A stretch of DNA of 64,000 nt, from assembly GCA_032986305.1 (NCBI GenBank), contig GCA_032986305.1_3672.1. One strand, given 5' to 3'. A program made the position numbers and the translations under genes. This stretch comes from a phage. Shown here piece after piece: positions 56,760 to 64,000 of the stretch (position 1 is its first letter; the number at the start of each line of letters is the position of its first letter). The notes under the pieces are model-generated. The model did no database searches, was not told the origin of the DNA, and saw nothing but the letters and a program-made list of their open reading frames with translations.

Positions 56760-57548
56760 ATGGGTCGAGCTAAAGAAACAAAACGCATGCGTGATGAAGC
56801 TAGAGAGGCTCGCAAATCTGATCGCCTGCGTAAGGCTGCTGAGAAATTTGCTGACGAACGAGAGCACACCGCTCCAGCTCTCCGACCAATGAATAAGAAG
56901 CAGCAAAAGTATCTTGATTATCTAGGGTCACGTAAGATTATTATTGTAAACGGTGTGTTTGGATCCGGTAAGACATTCATGGCATCTGCATATGCAGGTG
57001 ATCTTCTGCGTAAGAACGAGATTGATAAGATCATTGTTGCACGTCCTTATGTACAGACCGGAAAATCAAGCGGATACAAACCGGGAACGTCAATGCAGAA
57101 GCTTTGGCCTTACCTTCGTAGTATGATGGACACTATTTGTCGTCGTGTTGGCAAAGGTGCTTTTGCCGCAATGCTAGGAGACGGTCAGAACAGCCGTATC
57201 GAGATTTGTGAAGTTGAAAGCATTCGTGGTCGTAGTTTCGATGAGCGATGCTTTGTCCTGATTGACGAGGCACAGCAAACTAACCCTGAAGAAATGTTGT
57301 CAATTATCACAAGGATCTCTGATCAGGCAACCCTTGTAATTATGGGCGATAATAGCCAACGTGACATCCCTGGTAAATCTGGCCTTGCATGGGTGACGGA
57401 TTTCTTTACTCGTCATCCAGATCCTGAGGTTGGAATGATCAGCTTTGATAGTCCAGACGATGTCGTTCGTTCCGGGTTGGGTCGTCAGATTGCACTCAAT
57501 CTTATTGAGGATCGTGCAAATCATATTTGGACCCCTGTTTCCGAGTAA
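56760..57548 (+). CDS. PhoH-like ATPase
   Basis: Walker A GVFGSGKT, Walker B-like LIDEAQ; start ATG with GAAAGGAG RBS. Confidence 0.6.
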   Translation: MGRAKETKRMRDEAREARKSDRLRKAAEKFADEREHTAPALRPMNKKQQKYLDYLGSRKIIIVNGVFGSGKTFMASAYAGDLLRKNEIDKIIVARPYVQTGKSSGYKPGTSMQKLWPYLRSMMDTICRRVGKGAFAAMLGDGQNSRIEICEVESIRGRSFDERCFVLIDEAQQTNPEEMLSIITRISDQATLVIMGDNSQRDIPGKSGLAWVTDFFTRHPDPEVGMISFDSPDDVVRSGLGRQIALNLIEDRANHIWTPVSE

Positions 57549-57555
57549 TACAGAA

Positions 57556-57580
57556 GGGTGGTTATTCCACCCTTAAATAT
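57556..57580 (+). terminator. terminator-like hairpin
   Basis: GGGTGG-TTATT-CCACCC followed by TTAAATAT. Confidence 0.35.
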
Positions 57581-57592
57581 CTAAAACAGTTG

Positions 57593-57621
57593 TTGACAAA
57601 TAGGCAAGCTTTAGATATTAT
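57593..57621 (+). promoter_or_regulatory. sigma70-like promoter
   Basis: TTGACA-N17-TATTAT. Confidence 0.5.
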
Positions 57622-57649
57622 TATCGGACAAAACAAGGAGGAGGACAGT

Positions 57650-57961
57650 ATGGCTACAATACAAGAGAAACTGAATAAAATATACTGCCTGTTTGTCTAT
57701 AACGGCGAGACAATTTTGGCAAATAAAGGATCCAAGAATGTGTGGATCAAGGACAGTGGTGGTAATATAATCAACTTAGCGTTGCTACGTGAGCGCCGAC
57801 ACAGATTCTTTATCGAGTCTCGGATTATTGAAAGCAGCACCTGCTACAGAACAGGCGATAAAGTAATTGTTGACAATGATACGTGGTATGTGGTAGACTG
57901 GCAATCATTGAGTTGTGATGCTTCTGACAATCGTAAGTATTCCATAGTGATTGCTAAATAA
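57650..57961 (+). CDS. hypothetical protein (103 aa)
   Basis: strong AAGGAGGAGG RBS before MATIQEK. Confidence 0.4.
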   Translation: MATIQEKLNKIYCLFVYNGETILANKGSKNVWIKDSGGNIINLALLRERRHRFFIESRIIESSTCYRTGDKVIVDNDTWYVVDWQSLSCDASDNRKYSIVIAK

Positions 57962-58021
57962 AGGTAAATGTGAATCAGGTTTAAATAAATAGCTTTCAAC
58001 TTCCAATATTAAGGATTTCTC

Positions 58022-59071
58022 ATGAATTTAACACCTCGCAGCACCATGGTACACGGCATGAAAGAAAAACAGAACGGTTTCGAACCTATGAGTAATAAAA
58101 TGTTTGGTATGCCGGGCGGTATCATGGAAACATACAGCTACCCAACACCTGTTGTTGACCACGTTCTTTATATCGACGATTTGGAAGACCTACAGGATCA
58201 TATGTCTCGTCTGCAGACGATCCGTATGGCTCAGCCGGAAGAAAGCATTCGGGTAATCATCAATAGCCCTGGGGGTTGCGTGCACATTGCAATGGCTTAT
58301 CTGCAGGCATTCCGCGAGTCTCAGGCAAGCGTTGTTGCACATGCTGAAGGGATGTGCTGCTCTGCTGGAACAATCCTATGGCTGGGTTGCAAAGAACGCA
58401 CCGTGGCTCCGGACACAGAGTTTATGTTCCACTACTATCAAGGCGGCACTTATGGTAACGGTGTGAACATGAATACTCAGGTCAGCTACTGGAAAAAACG
58501 TTTCGAACGCCTGATCGAAAAATACTACGGTGGGGTGCTTACAGAAGATGAGATCGCATCCATCACAGCTGGTGGCGAAGTGTGGTTGGACGGAGAAGAG
58601 CTGGCAGCACGCACTGGAGCTATTATTCTGGATGAAGGCAACATACAACGCATCCAGAACGGACAAAAACCGAAAAAGCTTCTGGCAAAAGGTGATGAAG
58701 AAGGCGTGTTAGGTGAAGCAGGTCTTCCGGAGATTCACCAGTGCACATCTTTAGATGAGTTAGTTCATGCTGTTGAATCTGCAAAAGCGGGTGGTTCGAA
58801 AGGTGATGTTCACACTGTGTTCCTGAATCTGCAGATGGAGAGTGGCGAGACCGTCAGAATTGCCCTGGGTGAGATTACTTCAGAAGATCTGCAGAGATTC
58901 TCTGTCGTTGAACTTCAGGATATTCTGTCTCAATTGAAGACTACTCTGAACGGCGGTGAAGAGGTTAAGGTGAAAGATAAGACTCGCAAGCGTCTGGTGG
59001 ACAATATTATTAAAACAGCAAAAGAGCTCAATGAAAAAATCCTGGGTGCAGGAATTGTCGAAGAAGCTTAA
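58022..59071 (+). CDS. ClpP-family serine protease-like protein with C-terminal extension
   Basis: ..IINSPGG.. motif, Ser in GMCCSAGT, His in MFHYYQ; 349 aa. Confidence 0.55.
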   Translation: MNLTPRSTMVHGMKEKQNGFEPMSNKMFGMPGGIMETYSYPTPVVDHVLYIDDLEDLQDHMSRLQTIRMAQPEESIRVIINSPGGCVHIAMAYLQAFRESQASVVAHAEGMCCSAGTILWLGCKERTVAPDTEFMFHYYQGGTYGNGVNMNTQVSYWKKRFERLIEKYYGGVLTEDEIASITAGGEVWLDGEELAARTGAIILDEGNIQRIQNGQKPKKLLAKGDEEGVLGEAGLPEIHQCTSLDELVHAVESAKAGGSKGDVHTVFLNLQMESGETVRIALGEITSEDLQRFSVVELQDILSQLKTTLNGGEEVKVKDKTRKRLVDNIIKTAKELNEKILGAGIVEEA

Positions 59072-59084
59072 ACATTAATTCTAA

Positions 59085-59108
59085 AGCCCTCTTCGGAGGG
59101 CTTTTATG
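59085..59108 (+). terminator. intrinsic terminator
   Basis: AGCCCTC-TTCG-GAGGGCT then TTTTAT. Confidence 0.55.
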
Positions 59109-59122
59109 ATCTGGAGATTTGC

Positions 59123-59656
59123 ATGACTTGTGCTAGAAAACCTGATGAACAACGTAACGCCTACGATGAGTATGTGACACCGGAGTGGTGTGCAGAAGGG
59201 CTGTATGACCTTATTCCGTTCCCAGAAGACTGGACCTACTTAGAGCCTTGCAGGAATAGTGCCTCAGGTGTGTTCTACTCCCGTATGCCGTTAGGATCTG
59301 CATGGGGAGAAATCCAAGAAGGTGTTGACTATCTGAATACAGAATACAACCATGTTGACTGTATTATCACCAACCCACCATACAGCCTGGCTCGTGAGTT
59401 TGTAGACAAGGCGTTGAAAGATGCTGACGTAGTTATTATGCTTTTGCGTCTTAATTTTCTGGAAAGCAAAACCAGATTCGAATGGTGGCTTGATAATGCA
59501 CCTACCACTGTGATCACAATATCTAAGCGCCCGTCATTCCAATCCAATGGTAGAACGGATGGGCAGGCATATGCATATTTTGTATGGGACAAGAAAAACC
59601 GTCTAGACTTGCCGCCATTTATGTGGTTGGCACCACCAGAGGCAGACTTGAAATGA
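59123..59656 (+). CDS. small DNA methyltransferase (N6-adenine type, motif IV NPPY)
   Basis: ..CIITNPPYSLA..; 177 aa. Confidence 0.5.
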   Translation: MTCARKPDEQRNAYDEYVTPEWCAEGLYDLIPFPEDWTYLEPCRNSASGVFYSRMPLGSAWGEIQEGVDYLNTEYNHVDCIITNPPYSLAREFVDKALKDADVVIMLLRLNFLESKTRFEWWLDNAPTTVITISKRPSFQSNGRTDGQAYAYFVWDKKNRLDLPPFMWLAPPEADLK

Positions 59657-59937
59657 AAATGAGTGCTAAGGACAAGTTGCACCAGTTAGCGCTAAAACGT
59701 CCTGTAACGCTCCCTGACGAGCTTAACTCCATTTATGATGCGATTGTAGGGGAGATACAAAATAAAGCGTTAGCAGGCTTTCTGGGATGCGGATTTTCGA
59801 TAAATCTACCCTCACATCTCTCAGATTACTTCCCACACATTGTTGGGGATTTGAGGGCAGGAGGTCTGCAGGTGGATGTTGTTGGCATCTCTCCGGAGAA
59901 AAATAACACAGTTGCCTACTTGACAGTGACCTGGTAG
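59653..59937 (+). CDS. hypothetical protein (94 aa)
   Basis: ATGA overlap with methyltransferase stop. Confidence 0.3.
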   Translation: MKMSAKDKLHQLALKRPVTLPDELNSIYDAIVGEIQNKALAGFLGCGFSINLPSHLSDYFPHIVGDLRAGGLQVDVVGISPEKNNTVAYLTVTW

Positions 59938-59974
59938 TAGTGTATTTTGTTTTCAACAAGAGGGGGGGTCATCC

Positions 59975-60214
59975 ATGTATAAGTCATTTTCAATTTACTC
60001 AAGACAGGCAAAACACTACACAGAGATTCTGATCACTCAGAAAAAATCTGTAGAAGGTGAGTGGGAATATCATCATAAAATGTTGCGTCCAGACTGGGTT
60101 TTTGATAGACTTATTGCTATGATCCCTCTTGGAGAAGTATACCCTATGACAGGCCATAGGGATGCTTGGGATTTAATTGACTATATAGATTCATTTAAGG
60201 AGCCCAGTGTATGA
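59975..60214 (+). CDS. hypothetical protein (79 aa)
   Basis: ORF only. Confidence 0.3.
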   Translation: MYKSFSIYSRQAKHYTEILITQKKSVEGEWEYHHKMLRPDWVFDRLIAMIPLGEVYPMTGHRDAWDLIDYIDSFKEPSV

Positions 60215-60609
60215 AGATTGAGATCACTAAAGAAGGTAAGAAAGTGTCTGGAGACTATGCAACAGTAATTCGAGATTTAATGTTTGAAACCACCAAGTTC
60301 GGCACATCTAAAGTTGGTCAAACTGTTAGTGTGCAAGGTAATATCGTCTCAGGAGAGAAGATAATCATCGTAATAAAAGGCCAGGACCCTGTAGAAGGGA
60401 CAGTGGGCCGAGGAGGCTACCTGTGTATCTCTGAAGAGCCTCGTATGCTAGTTGCTGATAACTCTACAGGTAAAAAGCGGGTATGTAACACGGACGAGGT
60501 GATGATTATCTATCCAGTCAACCCAGATGATCCGGCAACATGGATTGTGGGAAATGAAATCTTCTCTTTAGAAGAGTTATCCTTCCCAGCTCCGCGCTCT
60601 GTTCAGTAA
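60211..60609 (+). CDS. hypothetical protein (132 aa)
   Basis: ORF only. Confidence 0.3.
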   Translation: MKIEITKEGKKVSGDYATVIRDLMFETTKFGTSKVGQTVSVQGNIVSGEKIIIVIKGQDPVEGTVGRGGYLCISEEPRMLVADNSTGKKRVCNTDEVMIIYPVNPDDPATWIVGNEIFSLEELSFPAPRSVQ

Positions 60610-60648
60610 TAATTTATCTTACCAGGGACGGTAGAAGTAGGAGGTAGC

Positions 60649-60882
60649 ATGAAAGTTAAATTTCTTACAGATTTAGGGTACCCTTCCTTGGTTGACTGCA
60701 TTGGTAAAATTGTGGAAGCAAAACGGCTATCTGCAAACGATAATGTTGTCATGGTTAAGGGAAAAGATTTATTAGCTGCAGGTGCAGAGTCTGGCAGGAT
60801 CTCTCCTGACTATACATATTACCTATCTTTAAGTAATCTACCAGAACGAGGTGGCAAAGGCCTTGAAGTTGTGGAGGAGTGA
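60649..60882 (+). CDS. hypothetical protein (77 aa)
   Basis: GGAGG RBS. Confidence 0.3.
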   Translation: MKVKFLTDLGYPSLVDCIGKIVEAKRLSANDNVVMVKGKDLLAAGAESGRISPDYTYYLSLSNLPERGGKGLEVVEE

Positions 60883-61412
60883 CAGGTATGCTTCTTATTA
60901 ACTGGGAAGACCTCTATGGGGACAAAGACCCTGTTGCGTTTGTTGATCGTAGATGGAGATATACTGAAGAACAACTGGCTGCAAAAAATTTAACTGCGAA
61001 ACGCAGAAAGATCATCCAGTGCAAGTATAAATACGCACAGTTTGCTGCAAAAGTGTCTCCACAAATCGAGAGCTTTGTGCTTAAATTGTATGACGAGTAC
61101 CTCAAATTCAGATTGGATTTTGTACAGGTATACCGTACACAGTTGCGCCCAGATACTAGCATTTGTAGATGGAAGGTTGTTTGTGACGGTAAAGATTTGC
61201 CGCTCAGCTTGACAATTGAGCAGCGTTGTGGGTATCATGAGTGCGGTCTGTATGAGACTTGGGATGTCATTGTAGATCCTGCTAAGTACCTGAACACGGA
61301 GGAGCTGGAATATATCAATAAGGTTATTCTAGATATGTTTTTCAGCTACACCTGTGAAAACTCCAAGAAAGAACGGGATACTTTTCTTGACACCATAAGC
61401 AACCATCTGTAG
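60879..61412 (+). CDS. hypothetical protein (177 aa)
   Basis: ORF only. Confidence 0.3.
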   Translation: MTGMLLINWEDLYGDKDPVAFVDRRWRYTEEQLAAKNLTAKRRKIIQCKYKYAQFAAKVSPQIESFVLKLYDEYLKFRLDFVQVYRTQLRPDTSICRWKVVCDGKDLPLSLTIEQRCGYHECGLYETWDVIVDPAKYLNTEELEYINKVILDMFFSYTCENSKKERDTFLDTISNHL

Positions 61413-61442
61413 TATACAATTTAACCTACAAAGGGAGGGCTA

Positions 61443-61679
61443 ATGAGTATAAATGTTGTGTTAATAGGTTACCTGGTAATATCCGTTATAACAGCGGTAT
61501 TCTTGACAGGTATATGCATCGTGTCCAGACGAAGGGTGAAGTTTGATGATTTTATCACCATCATCACTGCTGCACCTTTTTGGCCTGTTGTTATCTTCAT
61601 AGTGATAATGTGTCTGGTTGATTACTACAAGAATATCCGTAAGGAGAAAAAGGAGAGTAGAGATGGATACCGCACCTAA
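61443..61679 (+). CDS. small membrane protein, two predicted transmembrane segments (78 aa)
   Basis: two hydrophobic stretches; AAGGGAGGG RBS. Confidence 0.35.
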   Translation: MSINVVLIGYLVISVITAVFLTGICIVSRRRVKFDDFITIITAAPFWPVVIFIVIMCLVDYYKNIRKEKKESRDGYRT

Positions 61680-61815
61680 AACTATCTATGCTGTTCTTAA
61701 AGAGATTGCGTTCTACGCAGATCTTAGCAAGGCACCTTTATGGGAAAAGAGCATGTATTTAAAATGGTGCGTTAATTTAGGGAGACCTTCTAGTGTTTCA
61801 AGCCATGTTTATTGA
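61663..61815 (+). CDS. hypothetical small protein (50 aa)
   Basis: AAGGAG RBS before MDTAPK. Confidence 0.25.
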   Translation: MDTAPKTIYAVLKEIAFYADLSKAPLWEKSMYLKWCVNLGRPSSVSSHVY

Positions 61816-61898
61816 GATGCTATCCGGGGTATTGTTACTGGTAGCCATCTTAGGTGGTGCAGTTCTGATGTATAACTATCTTGAAAAAGGAGACAGCA

Positions 61899-62084
61899 AT
61901 GGTAAAAAATAAATCTTTAGAGCAGGCTGAAAACCTTCTCCACGAGCTGGTAAAGGAGTGGAAAGTTGAATACTCAGATTTTAATGCACGAGAGGGTGAA
62001 GATTATTGGCCTACGGAGCGCTCAGAGGGAGAGTGGTATCAAGATTTTATAGAATGGCTATATCAGACGTGTGATGAGGGGTGA
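61899..62084 (+). CDS. hypothetical protein (61 aa)
   Basis: AAGGAGA RBS before MVKNK. Confidence 0.3.
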   Translation: MVKNKSLEQAENLLHELVKEWKVEYSDFNAREGEDYWPTERSEGEWYQDFIEWLYQTCDEG

Positions 62085-62542
62085 CGATGTTTGTTAAATA
62101 TGTAAAAACGTGCCTCAACAATCTTGGTAGAGAGCATTGGTACACCTTGCTTGAAAAAGGAGAAATTTTAACAAAATCTGGAAAGATAACTTTGATACCC
62201 TTGGACGATAAAGATCCGTCACTACTTATCATAGATGATTACGTTACAGGTGTGTCGTACGAGGTCTCTGTGGAGAGGTTAATACGTAGATCTGGAGGTC
62301 CTTATGACCGAAGAGAGTATGTTTTCGATTCTGTTACAGAGAAGGAAGATCCGTCTCTAATGTTTAGGATGGTAATCAGGGATATGAAATCATCTATAAA
62401 TAGGATCGTAAAGGACATTAAGGAGCCTTTTAGGGTAAAAGTTAAGAAGTTTTTTGATTCTAAGATTAACATACTTGCCGTTGTGCTAGGCGTAATTCAA
62501 CTTCTGTTAATTTTGCACTATCTTGAACTGTTGTTTAAGTAG
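62081..62542 (+). CDS. hypothetical protein with C-terminal hydrophobic segment (153 aa)
   Basis: ORF only. Confidence 0.3.
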   Translation: MTMFVKYVKTCLNNLGREHWYTLLEKGEILTKSGKITLIPLDDKDPSLLIIDDYVTGVSYEVSVERLIRRSGGPYDRREYVFDSVTEKEDPSLMFRMVIRDMKSSINRIVKDIKEPFRVKVKKFFDSKINILAVVLGVIQLLLILHYLELLFK

Positions 62543-62602
62543 CGTGCAATAAGGCACAAAGGATGTGCCATAATTAAATAGGTTAAGAAAGAGGTAGAGA
62601 GA

Positions 62603-62968
62603 ATGACAAATATTAAATCGATATTAAAATGGGTAGCTGCTATGGGGCTGGTAACCGTCGTGGCTTTTATAGGGTACTGGGTTTGGGAAACTGAATTAAA
62701 AGATATCGGATATACCAGTCTTGAGAGCAAGGCGTGTATTGGCATAACCGATGCATTCAGGCAAAATGCCATGGATCACGAATGTGTCGATGCAGATATA
62801 GATGAGAAACTGTCTAAGGACAAAGATTTTTACCATGGTCATGCCTTGCTTGATAGTGGTGACACTGTAGAATTCTGGTCGTGGTTCCGTGAAGATGGAA
62901 CAATAAAGACAGCAGTAAAGATTTCCAACAAAGAGTTAATGCTGTTGCAGCAGAAGGAGGTGCAATGA
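62603..62968 (+). CDS. hypothetical protein with N-terminal signal/anchor (121 aa)
   Basis: hydrophobic N-terminus; GAAAGAGG RBS. Confidence 0.3.
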   Translation: MTNIKSILKWVAAMGLVTVVAFIGYWVWETELKDIGYTSLESKACIGITDAFRQNAMDHECVDADIDEKLSKDKDFYHGHALLDSGDTVEFWSWFREDGTIKTAVKISNKELMLLQQKEVQ

Positions 62969-63252
62969 TTTGGATATCCTACACTGATGGCACCATGCTG
63001 TATACTGCAGGTACTAGGTATGAAGTCCAGGAGGACGATAAAAAATTTATCGTAAAAACATTTGACAAGGACGACAACCTTTTGTTAGAATTGACTTACA
63101 AGGTTGGGGAGGTATCTAGCATCCAATTGGATTGCGGTCATAAAGATAACCCGCTCAAGAAACCTGGGGTAGGTAAAGCTTCAGAAGAACGCCTGTCTCG
63201 TATTGCAGAAAGCGTTTCTGCACAAAAATCTAAGAAGGGGACTAGAAAATGA
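62965..63252 (+). CDS. hypothetical protein (95 aa)
   Basis: ORF only. Confidence 0.3.
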   Translation: MIWISYTDGTMLYTAGTRYEVQEDDKKFIVKTFDKDDNLLLELTYKVGEVSSIQLDCGHKDNPLKKPGVGKASEERLSRIAESVSAQKSKKGTRK

Positions 63253-63443
63253 AAAACTTACGTTTTAACACTTATTACTACAACACTTTGAATGATTTGT
63301 ATTATATTATTCGAAGTAAAAGTCCTGAAACAGTCCTATTCTGCCGCGAACCTTTCAAAGGAGAGGAAGTAGAGTCTGAGATGAATGTTAGCCATATTAC
63401 CTCTTTGTTGCTCTCAGGTGCAATGGAAGAAGCAATATTCTAA
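63249..63443 (+). CDS. hypothetical protein (64 aa)
   Basis: ORF only. Confidence 0.25.
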   Translation: MKNLRFNTYYYNTLNDLYYIIRSKSPETVLFCREPFKGEEVESEMNVSHITSLLLSGAMEEAIF

Positions 63444-63460
63444 ACCGGGCGGGAGGGTTT

Positions 63461-63646
63461 ATGAAGCACTATTGCCTGTTTGGTAGGATGGGTGTAGAGT
63501 GTGATTGGGTTTTCTTAAAACTTGTCAGCATCCGAGAGTCAATCCCAGAGGAAGAGCAAGAAAGTGAGCTGATGTCATGGATCAACTATTACGGCAACAC
63601 TTTCCGGTATGTCAAAATGGAAGGGCTGCCAAGCGAGGATGATTGA
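63461..63646 (+). CDS. hypothetical protein (61 aa)
   Basis: ORF with GGGAGGG RBS. Confidence 0.25.
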   Translation: MKHYCLFGRMGVECDWVFLKLVSIRESIPEEEQESELMSWINYYGNTFRYVKMEGLPSEDD

Positions 63647-63648
63647 TT

Positions 63649-63738
63649 ATGATTGCATCAATATTAACGTTTATGGGTGGCGTGGCAGTCGGATTCATTA
63701 TTTGCCTGTTTATAGTGATTATGTCTATGCGAGGCTGA
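63649..63738 (+). CDS. small hydrophobic peptide (29 aa)
   Basis: MIASILTFMGGVAVGFIICLFIVIMSMRG; below ORF-track cutoff. Confidence 0.2.
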   Translation: MIASILTFMGGVAVGFIICLFIVIMSMRG

Positions 63739-63741
63739 CTT

Positions 63742-64000
63742 ATGAAACTGTTCGAGTGGTTTAAAAAGTTTAAATATCGGGCCGTTGCTGTATCGAAATG
63801 GACCGTCCGCTGGGTGGACAATGATGGAACACAAATTCCCGGTGATCAGGATACCGGATACTGGGTTATGATGGAGAACGGATTTGGGAAAAGGAAGTTT
63901 AAATGTGTTGGTGCTCCTACTCTTTTAAATGTTAGAAGTGTGCCAGGGTACAGCACTATGGTTGTTTGGGAGCTATCCGGTGTTCCTCCTGCCAATGTGC
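63742..64000 (+). CDS. hypothetical protein, 3'-truncated by window end
   Basis: ATG at 63742, frame open to the window end. Confidence 0.3.
   Translation, partial: MKLFEWFKKFKYRAVAVSKWTVRWVDNDGTQIPGDQDTGYWVMMENGFGKRKFKCVGAPTLLNVRSVPGYSTMVVWELSGVPPANV

Noticed and set aside
58022-59071. ClpP-like gene as a classical prohead protease within the head module
   Set aside because: It is on the opposite strand ~35 kb from the capsid genes in the early region, so that role is kept as an open question rather than annotated
1-64000. Integrase, excisionase, repressor or attachment-site signs of a temperate lifestyle
   Set aside because: None found by reading the ORF set; the gene content (nucleotide metabolism, tRNAs, homing endonucleases) fits a virulent phage, though absence in one window is not proof

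Overview
This window is a segment of a large tailed dsDNA phage with a contractile (myovirus-type) tail; promoters, RBSs and tRNAs look enterobacterial. All calls are from manual reading of the sequence and ORF track; no database search or RNA folding was run, and family names are recalled motifs, not alignments. Layout: 1-27229 (minus) is the late structural module, read from high to low coordinate: spanin pair, intron-split large terminase, portal, scaffold, lambda D/E-like decoration and major capsid proteins, connector proteins, tail sheath, tail tube, frameshifted tail chaperone, tape measure, baseplate/spike proteins and two very large tail fibre genes (the last runs off the window). 27650-28462 (minus) holds seven tRNA genes, one of them structurally atypical. 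28560-32372 (minus) holds small genes, two GC-rich non-coding islands, a four-copy palindromic repeat array and a polynucleotide kinase plus metallophosphatase pair. 32473-64000 (plus) is the early/middle region: Rnl1-like RNA ligase, SIR2-family protein, DNA ligase, lambda R-like endolysin, flap endonuclease, RuvC-like and endonuclease VII-like resolvases, exonuclease, two DNA methyltransferases, nucleotide metabolism genes (ThyX, NrdA, NrdB, glutaredoxin, NrdD, NrdG), PhoH-like ATPase, a ClpP-like protease and many small hypothetical genes. The most unusual features are three homologous group I introns (one in the large terminase gene, two in nrdD), two of them carrying HNH homing endonuclease genes. 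The candidates for an undescribed system are the kinase-phosphatase-RNA ligase set beside the tRNA array, the SIR2-centred three-gene block, and the repeat array with its flanking structured regions; none can be confirmed from sequence alone.
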